The translations under genes and the position numbers were made by a program. A stretch of DNA of 64,000 nt from Angustibacter luteus (GTDB taxonomy: Bacteria; Actinomycetota; Actinomycetes; Actinomycetales; Angustibacteraceae), in assembly GCF_039541115.1 (NCBI RefSeq), contig NZ_BAABFP010000002.1:62001-126000 (forward strand), written 5' to 3'. The notes beneath the pieces were generated by a model. It searched no databases. It was not told the origin of the DNA and saw only the letters and a program-made list of their open reading frames with translations. Below are positions 56,930-64,000 of this stretch, piece by piece. The stretch's first letter is position 1; each line of letters opens with the position of its first letter.

Positions 56930-58011
56930 GTGCGTCCACGCAGGACGACGGCGCTCGGCTGCCCCAGCACGGCGAGCTCCTCGCGCGGGTCGGCGGGGTA
57001 GACCACGAGGTCGGCACTGGCGCCCTCGACCAGGCCTTCGCGACCCAGCCAGTCGCGGGCCGCCCACGTCGCGGCCGCGAGCGCGTCCAGCCGGGGCAGC
57101 CCGGCGGCGTGCAGCTCGGCGACCTCCTGGGCCACCAACCCGTGCGGCAGTGAGCCGCCGGCGTCCGTGCCGCAGTACACCCGCACGCCCTCCTCGAACG
57201 CCGAGCGCACGGTGTCGTACCGCCGGGAGTGCAGGTCGCGCATGTGCCGCGCGTACGTGGGGAACTTGGCCTCCCCGCTGTCCGCGATCGACGGGAACGT
57301 CGCGATGTTGACCAGCGTGGGAACGATGGCGACGTCGCGCGCCACGGCGGCCGCGACGGTGTCGGCGGTGAGGCCGCAGGCGTGCTCGATGCAGTCGATG
57401 CCGGCGGCGATGAGGTCCGGCAGGCAGTCCTCGCCGAAGCAGTGCGCGGTGACCCGCGCCCCGTCTTCGTGGGCGGCGGCCATGGCCGCGGCGAGCACGT
57501 CCGCCGGCCAGCACGGCGCGAGGTCGCCGGTGTCCCGGTCGATCCAGTCCCCGACGAGCTTGACCCAGCCGTCCCCCGCCCTCGCCTCGGCCCGGACCTG
57601 CTCGACGAGCTGGTCGGGCTCGACCTCCCAGGCGAAGTTGCGGATGTACCGGCGGGGGCGGGCGATGTGCCGACCCGCTCGGATGATCCGCGGCAGGTCC
57701 GGCTCGTCGTCGACCCAGCGGGTGTCCGCCGGGCTGCCGGCGTCCCGGATCAGCAGCGTGCCCGCGTCGCGGTCCGCCTCGGCCTGGGCGCGCGAGGTCG
57801 CGTCGTCCACGGCGCCGTGCGCGTCCAGACCGACATGGCAGTGGGCGTCCACCAGGCCGGGCAGCACCCACCCGTCGACCCGGACGACGTCGGCGCCGCT
57901 CGCCTGCGGCACGTCGAAGGTCAGCCGACCCCCCACCACCCACGCCTGCTCGCGCTCCTCGAGCGGGCCGACGAGCACCGGACCGGTCAGGTGCAGCACG
58001 TCGTCGGACAT
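56923..58011 (-). CDS. Metal-dependent amidohydrolase
   Basis: PGLVDAHCH, RDAG, AH, IEH, GTDAG, ADLV. Confidence 0.9.
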   Translation of the reverse strand: MSDDVLHLTGPVLVGPLEEREQAWVVGGRLTFDVPQASGADVVRVDGWVLPGLVDAHCHVGLDAHGAVDDATSRAQAEADRDAGTLLIRDAGSPADTRWVDDEPDLPRIIRAGRHIARPRRYIRNFAWEVEPDQLVEQVRAEARAGDGWVKLVGDWIDRDTGDLAPCWPADVLAAAMAAAHEDGARVTAHCFGEDCLPDLIAAGIDCIEHACGLTADTVAAAVARDVAIVPTLVNIATFPSIADSGEAKFPTYARHMRDLHSRRYDTVRSAFEEGVRVYCGTDAGGSLPHGLVAQEVAELHAAGLPRLDALAAATWAARDWLGREGLVEGASADLVVYPADPREELAVLGQPSAVVLRGRTC

Positions 58012-58080
58012 GCGCGCCACCCTAGTTGGGGGCTGCTTCGTCCACCTGCCGAGGGCGCCGCACCGACGTAGCCTGACGAG

Positions 58081-59322
58081 GTGCGTCCGAACCTGGTGGC
58101 AGCGACGGTCGTCCTGCTCGCCGCCGTTGCGTCGTGCACGGGCGCCGGGTCCGACGACGCAAAGACCGGCGACACCCCGTCGTCCTCCAGCACCTCGTCC
58201 CCGAGCGCCACGTCGTCGACGACGTCTGCACCGACCACAGCCACCGACGGCGCGACGTCCACCCCGACCCCGACGCCGGACGCCGCCGAGCGCGCCCTCG
58301 CGACGATGTCGTTGGCGCAGCGGGTGGGCCAGCTCGTGATGGTCGGCACCCCGGCCACTGGCACCGGCGGCACGGCCCGCGCGGCGATCAGCGAGCAGCA
58401 CGTCGGCAACGTGATGCTCACCGGCCGCAGCACCCGCGGAGTCGCCGGGACGGCGGCCACCACCGCTGCGCTGCAACGCAAGGCGACGAGCAGGGCGACC
58501 GGCGGGGTGCGGCTGTTCGTCGCCACCGACCAGGAGGGCGGCGACGTCCAGGTGCTGTCCGGCTCGGGCTTCTCGCAGATCCCGACCGGCACGACGCAGG
58601 GCGGCTGGTCGGCCGCGCAGCTGCAGGCCAGGGCCGAGACCTGGGGCCGGCAGCTGCGCCGCGCCGGGGTGGACGTGACGCTCGGCCCGGTCGCGGACAC
58701 CGTGCCGGCGAGCCTGGGCACCGCCAACCCGCCCATCGGCCGCTTCCACCGCGAGCTGGGGCACACGCCGTCCGCGGTCTCGCGGGCCGTGGTCGCCTAC
58801 GACGCCGGCATGCGGGACGCCGGGATCGCCGTGGTGCCGAAGCACTTCCCTGGTCTCGGGCTGGTGCGTGCGAACACCGACACCGCTTCGCGGGTGACGG
58901 ACTCGGTGACGACGGCGAGCAGCCCGTCGCTGCAGCCGTTCCGCGCCGCGGTGGACGCGGGGGCGCCGTTCGTGATGATCTCCAACGCCGCCTACCCGCG
59001 CATCGACGCCGCGCACCCGGCGTGCTTCTCGCGCGCCGTCATCACGACGCTGCTGCGCGGAACGCTCGGCTTCGACGGCGTCGTGATCAGCGACGACCTC
59101 GGGGCCGCCGGGGCCGTGCAGCGCTGGAGCCCCGGCTCGCGGGCCGTGCAGTTCGTCGCGGCCGGCGGGGACGTCGTCCTCACCGTGACGCCCGCGCTGG
59201 CCGCGCCGATGGCCAGGGCACTCGTGGCGAAGGCCAAGCAGAGCAAGGGATTCCGGGACCAGGTCGACGCCGCCGCCCTGCGGGTGCTGCGCGCGAAGGA
59301 CGACGCCGGCCTGCTCCCCTAG
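58081..59322 (+). CDS. Secreted/lipoprotein GH3 hydrolase (NagZ-like N-terminal domain)
   Basis: Signal with ASC, Ser/Thr linker, ATDQEGG, KHFPG, GVVISDDL. Confidence 0.87.
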   Translation: MRPNLVAATVVLLAAVASCTGAGSDDAKTGDTPSSSSTSSPSATSSTTSAPTTATDGATSTPTPTPDAAERALATMSLAQRVGQLVMVGTPATGTGGTARAAISEQHVGNVMLTGRSTRGVAGTAATTAALQRKATSRATGGVRLFVATDQEGGDVQVLSGSGFSQIPTGTTQGGWSAAQLQARAETWGRQLRRAGVDVTLGPVADTVPASLGTANPPIGRFHRELGHTPSAVSRAVVAYDAGMRDAGIAVVPKHFPGLGLVRANTDTASRVTDSVTTASSPSLQPFRAAVDAGAPFVMISNAAYPRIDAAHPACFSRAVITTLLRGTLGFDGVVISDDLGAAGAVQRWSPGSRAVQFVAAGGDVVLTVTPALAAPMARALVAKAKQSKGFRDQVDAAALRVLRAKDDAGLLP

Positions 59323-59338
59323 CCCGACGCCCCCTCCA

Positions 59339-59401
59339 CGCACCATTCGCGCTACACGTGGCTATGGAGGCCCGAAAACCACGTCAAGCGCGAATGGTGC
59401 G
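59339..59401. repeat. REPIN-like imperfect inverted repeat between convergent genes
   Basis: 23-bp arms (21/23 complementary), 17-nt spacer. Confidence 0.78.
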
Positions 59402-59405
59402 GGGG

Positions 59406-60989
59406 TCAGGTGCCGAGGAACTTCTCGAAGCCGGCGGGCAGCTTGCCCAGCGCCGGCTGCTCGGCCTCGGGGGCCGGGGTGCCGAACGACGAGCCGATGG
59501 CGCTCTCGCGGGCCTCGACCGCCTTCTGCGACGCCGCCCGCTCCTGCTCCGCGCGCTTGGCGGGGTTGCCGCTCTTGCCCTTCTTGCGCTGCGGCGCCTT
59601 GCCCTTGGCCTTGCGACCCGGGCCCATCCCCGGCATGTTGCCCATGCCCGGGACGCCACCCATGCCGCGGCGCATCTGCTTCATCATCTTCTGCGCCTCG
59701 GTGAGCCGGGTGAGCAGCTCGTTGACGTCCGAGACGGACCGGCCCGACCCGCGCGCGATGCGGGCCCGGCGCGAGCCGTTGATGACCTTGGGGTGCTGAC
59801 GCTCGTACGGCGTCATCGACTGCACCATGGCCTCGACCCGGTCGAACTCGCGCTCGTCGATGTTGTCGAGCTGCTCCTTCATCTGGGCCATGCCGGGCAT
59901 CATGCCGAGCATCTTCTTGAGCGAGCCCATCTGCTTGACGGCCTGCATCTGCGCGAGGAAGTCGTCGAACGTGAACTCCTCCTCGTCGACGAACTTGCGC
60001 GCCATCTTCTGGGCCTGGTCGGCGTCGAACGCCTTCTCGGCCTGCTCGATGAGCGTCATGACGTCGCCCATGTCGAGGATGCGGCTGGCCATCCGGTCCG
60101 GGTGGAAGACCTCGAAGTCCTCGAGCTTCTCGCCGGTGCTGGCGAACATGATCGGTCGACCCGTCACCGTGGCGACGGACAGCGCGGCGCCACCGCGGGC
60201 GTCGCCGTCCAGCTTGGTGAGGACGACGCCGGTGAAGTCCACGCCCTCGAGGAAGGCGTGCGCGGTGTTCACCGCGTCCTGGCCGATCATCGCGTCGATG
60301 ACGAACAGCACCTCGTCGGGCTGCACGGCCGTGCGGATGTCGGCGGCCTGCTGCATGAGCACCGTGTCGATGCCGAGACGGCCGGCGGTGTCGATGATGA
60401 CGACGTCGTGCTGGCGCGCGGCCGCCTCGGCCACACCGTCGCGGGACACCTTCACCGGGTCGCCGAGACCGGTGGCGTCGGGGTCGCTGCCCTGGTTGCC
60501 CTTCTCGGGCGCGAACACCGGGACGCCGGCCCGCTCGCCGACGACCTGCAGCTGGGTCACCGCGTTGGGGCGCTGGAGGTCGGCCGCGACGAGCAGCGGG
60601 GTGTGGCCCTCCGAGCGCAGGCTCAGCGCGAGCTTGCCGGCCAGGGTCGTCTTACCCGCACCCTGCAGACCCGCGAGCATGATCACGGTCGGCGGGTTCT
60701 TGGCGTACTGGATGCGCCGGGTCTGGCCGCCGAGCACCGCAACGAGCTCGTCGTTGACGATCTTGACGACCTGCTGGGCCGGGTTCAGCGCACCGCTGAC
60801 CTCCGCCCCGAGCGCCCGCTCACGGACCGCCTCGGTGAACTGCTTCACCACGGGCAGCGCGACGTCCGCCTCCAGCAGGGCGGTGCGGATCTCGCGCACC
60901 GTGGCAGCCACATCGGCTTCGGACAGCCGCCCCTTGCCGCGCAGGTTCTTGAACGTCGCGGTCAGGCGGTCGGAGAGGGTCGCAAACAC
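59406..60989 (-). CDS. ffh: Signal recognition particle protein
   Basis: GLQGAGKTT, DTAGR, TKLDGDARGG, Met-rich M domain. Confidence 0.98.
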   Translation of the reverse strand: MFATLSDRLTATFKNLRGKGRLSEADVAATVREIRTALLEADVALPVVKQFTEAVRERALGAEVSGALNPAQQVVKIVNDELVAVLGGQTRRIQYAKNPPTVIMLAGLQGAGKTTLAGKLALSLRSEGHTPLLVAADLQRPNAVTQLQVVGERAGVPVFAPEKGNQGSDPDATGLGDPVKVSRDGVAEAAARQHDVVIIDTAGRLGIDTVLMQQAADIRTAVQPDEVLFVIDAMIGQDAVNTAHAFLEGVDFTGVVLTKLDGDARGGAALSVATVTGRPIMFASTGEKLEDFEVFHPDRMASRILDMGDVMTLIEQAEKAFDADQAQKMARKFVDEEEFTFDDFLAQMQAVKQMGSLKKMLGMMPGMAQMKEQLDNIDEREFDRVEAMVQSMTPYERQHPKVINGSRRARIARGSGRSVSDVNELLTRLTEAQKMMKQMRRGMGGVPGMGNMPGMGPGRKAKGKAPQRKKGKSGNPAKRAEQERAASQKAVEARESAIGSSFGTPAPEAEQPALGKLPAGFEKFLGT

Positions 60990-61019
60990 GGGGTCAAGCC
61001 TACGTGACCGGAGGGCCGG

Positions 61020-63368
61020 TCAGCGCACCTCGGCCGCATCGACCAGCGCGGCGACCACCCGGGCCACCCGCGGAGGGTCGAGCTGACCCTTGCCGGCCTC
61101 GGCCAGGTAGAGCGTGTCGACCGCCTGACCGGCGTGGGTGGCGACGTGCGCCGACCGGACGTCGACCCCGGCCGCCGCGAGCGCGTGACCGAGCGCGTGC
61201 AGCAGTCCGGGCCGGTCCGCGGCCCGCACCTCGACGACGGTCGCGTGCTCGGAGGCCCCGGGCACCAGCACGACCCGCGGCTGTGCCGGCACGTGCCGCG
61301 GCTGGACGTAGGCGGAGTCGCGGCGGCGCAACCGGTCCAGCACGCTCTGGTCACCGTCGGCCATCCGGCGCAGCGCCAGGGTCAGCGTGGTCACCGGCGG
61401 CAGGTCGCCGTAGGGGGCCGTGACCCACCAGCTGTCCACCGCGATCTCGTCGACGGTACGGACCAGCGCCGAGCGGACCGACAGCCCGTGCGAGGCGAGC
61501 AGCCCCGCGACGTCGCCGAACAGGCCGAGCCGATCCCTGGAGACGACGGTGACCACGTGCATGCCGTCCACCTGGTCGACGTCCACCAGCGGCGCACCGT
61601 CCGCGCGCACCCGCTCGAGGAGCTCGCCCTCGCGCTCGGTCAACGGCGCCGGCTCCGGGACCCCGGCGCCGGTCAGCACGGACCGGGCCCGCGAGACCAG
61701 GTCGTCGACCAGCCGGGCTCGCCAGGCGCTCCAGGCGGCGGGGCCGGCGGCGATCGCGTCGGCCTCGGTGAGGGCCCGCAGCAGGTCCAACACGTCGGAG
61801 CGCCCGTCGACGGCGGCCACCACGGCCTCGACCGTGCGGGGGTCGTCGGGGTCGCGGCGGGTGGCGAGGTCCACCAGCGTGAGGTGCTCGCGCACCAGTC
61901 GTTCGATGACGTCGACGTCGCCCGGCGCGAAGCCGAGGTGGGCGGCGGCCTTGCGCGCCAGCGGCGCGCCGGTTGCGCTGTGGTCCGCCGCTCCCGGCAG
62001 CTTGCCGAGGTCGTGCAGCAGGCCGGCCACCAGCAGCAGGTCCGGCCGGTCGACGTCGCGCAGGGACCGCCCGCACTCGACGACCGTCTCGACCAGGTGC
62101 CGGTCGACGGTGTGCCGGTGCACGGCGTTGCGCTGGGGTCGCGAGCGCACCCCGGCCCAGCCGGGCACCCACTGCTGCACCACACCTGCGAGGTCGAGCG
62201 CCTCCCACACCTGGACCAGCGCGGGTCCCGACCCGAGCAGCTCGAGGAACGCCTCGCGGGCCGGTGCGGGCCACGGCTCGGGCAGGGGCGCGGCGTCGGC
62301 CGCCAGGTGGGTCACGGTGACCGGCGAGAGCGGCAGCGCGTGCTGGGCCGCGGTGGCGGCGGCGCGCAGCGCGAGCACCGGGTCCTGGCTCGGGCGGACG
62401 CCGGCGCCGAGCACCAGCTCGCCGTCGTGCTCGACGAGCCCGTGGCCGAGAGGGCGCAGCTGGGGACGGCGCGGGCCGCGGCGCAGCCGCCGGGTCGGCA
62501 CGGCCTGCCGGGCCCGGCGCACGGTGATGTCCACGGCGTACGAGATGGTCCGGGCGGCGCCCGAGACGCGGGTCAGCAGGTCGTCCGCGTCGTCCGCGCC
62601 GACGAGCCCGGCGACGGTGTCCTGCTCGGCGAGCACGAGCGTGTCGGTGGCCCGTCCGGTCACCACCTGAAGAGCGTCCCGGACGTCGAGCAGCACCCGC
62701 TGGGCGTCGTCCACCGGCGCGTGCGGCCGGTCGGCCAGCCAGGACGCCGAGAGCGCGCGGAGAAGGGTGACGTCACGCAACCCGCCGCGGCTCTCCTTCA
62801 GATCGGGTTCGAGCAGGAACATGGCCTCGCCGAACCGCTCGGCCCGCTCCTCGAGGGCCCGCAGCAGCTCGGGCAGCCGGCGTCGAGCGGCACCCCGCCA
62901 GTCGTCCAGCAGCCGGCTGCGGGTGGCCGCGACGAGCTCCGGGTCACCGGCCACGACCCGGAGGTCGAGCAGTCCCACCCCGGCGGCCAGGTCGTGTCCA
63001 CCCACGTCCCGGCACTGGGCCGGCGTCCGGACGGAGTGGTCGAGCTTCACCCCGGCGTCCCACACCGGGTACCAGATGCGCTCGGCGAGCTCGGCCACCT
63101 CACCCATGGACAGCGTGTGCCCGTCGTGCAGCAGCACCAGGTCGAGGTCGGACGCCGGCCCGGCCTCGCCGCGGGCCAGCGACCCCACCGCGGTGAGGGC
63201 GACTCCCGCCTCCGCGGCCGGGCTGCCCTCGGTCGCGCTGGCCCACAGGTCGCAGAGCCACCCGTCCACCAGCTCGGTGAGCGCCTGCCGGCGACCCGCC
63301 CCGTCGTGGCTGTGCCACGACGGGGAACGGGCCGCCGACGTCAGACGCTCGGCGCGCAGGTCACGCAC
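61020..63368 (-). CDS. glnD: [Protein-PII] uridylyl/adenylyltransferase
   Basis: AVGS.ARGE....SDLDL, EPDLKE..GGLRD, HTVDRH, LLHDLGK, ACT domains; start approximate. Confidence 0.93.
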   Translation of the reverse strand: MRDLRAERLTSAARSPSWHSHDGAGRRQALTELVDGWLCDLWASATEGSPAAEAGVALTAVGSLARGEAGPASDLDLVLLHDGHTLSMGEVAELAERIWYPVWDAGVKLDHSVRTPAQCRDVGGHDLAAGVGLLDLRVVAGDPELVAATRSRLLDDWRGAARRRLPELLRALEERAERFGEAMFLLEPDLKESRGGLRDVTLLRALSASWLADRPHAPVDDAQRVLLDVRDALQVVTGRATDTLVLAEQDTVAGLVGADDADDLLTRVSGAARTISYAVDITVRRARQAVPTRRLRRGPRRPQLRPLGHGLVEHDGELVLGAGVRPSQDPVLALRAAATAAQHALPLSPVTVTHLAADAAPLPEPWPAPAREAFLELLGSGPALVQVWEALDLAGVVQQWVPGWAGVRSRPQRNAVHRHTVDRHLVETVVECGRSLRDVDRPDLLLVAGLLHDLGKLPGAADHSATGAPLARKAAAHLGFAPGDVDVIERLVREHLTLVDLATRRDPDDPRTVEAVVAAVDGRSDVLDLLRALTEADAIAAGPAAWSAWRARLVDDLVSRARSVLTGAGVPEPAPLTEREGELLERVRADGAPLVDVDQVDGMHVVTVVSRDRLGLFGDVAGLLASHGLSVRSALVRTVDEIAVDSWWVTAPYGDLPPVTTLTLALRRMADGDQSVLDRLRRRDSAYVQPRHVPAQPRVVLVPGASEHATVVEVRAADRPGLLHALGHALAAAGVDVRSAHVATHAGQAVDTLYLAEAGKGQLDPPRVARVVAALVDAAEVR

Positions 63369-63396
63369 CAGTCCCCCCCTCGGCACGGCACGAACC

Positions 63397-64000
<604 letters not shown>

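Overview
High-GC actinobacterial chromosomal segment (gene set, IdeR/DtxR box, DnaA box and many apparently leaderless starts all fit). Left to right: SLC13-type transporter and USP; a polyol/sugar catabolic cluster (mannitol-DH family, ABC transporter, SDR, two convergent LacI paralogues, P-loop kinase, class I aldolase, FGGY kinase) with a visible palindromic operator in five copies; desA3-type desaturase, reductase and PucR-type regulator; GH3 glucosidase; a decayed ~2.3 kb integrative island at tRNA-Ile(CAT) that duplicates the 5' half of the tRNA and keeps one intact low-GC DUF4062/TIR-like gene; a two-component/GNAT/GGDEF-EAL signalling block; tRNA-Asn; dnaG; TetR-ABC exporter; IdeR-boxed siderophore uptake; LAL regulator with a methyltransferase and a hydrolase-glycosyltransferase fusion; dgt, dusB; an AbiEi/DUF559-like gene enclosed by 57-bp inverted repeats at an apparent synteny break; the conserved rnhB-lepB-rplS-trmD-rimM-rpsP-ffh-glnD-glnB-amt block. 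Best candidates for undescribed systems are the repeat-enclosed AbiEi/DUF559-like cassette (with REPIN-like solo hairpins elsewhere in the window) and the tRNA-Ile2 5'-duplicating defence islet. All family calls come from motif recognition by eye; no searches were run.
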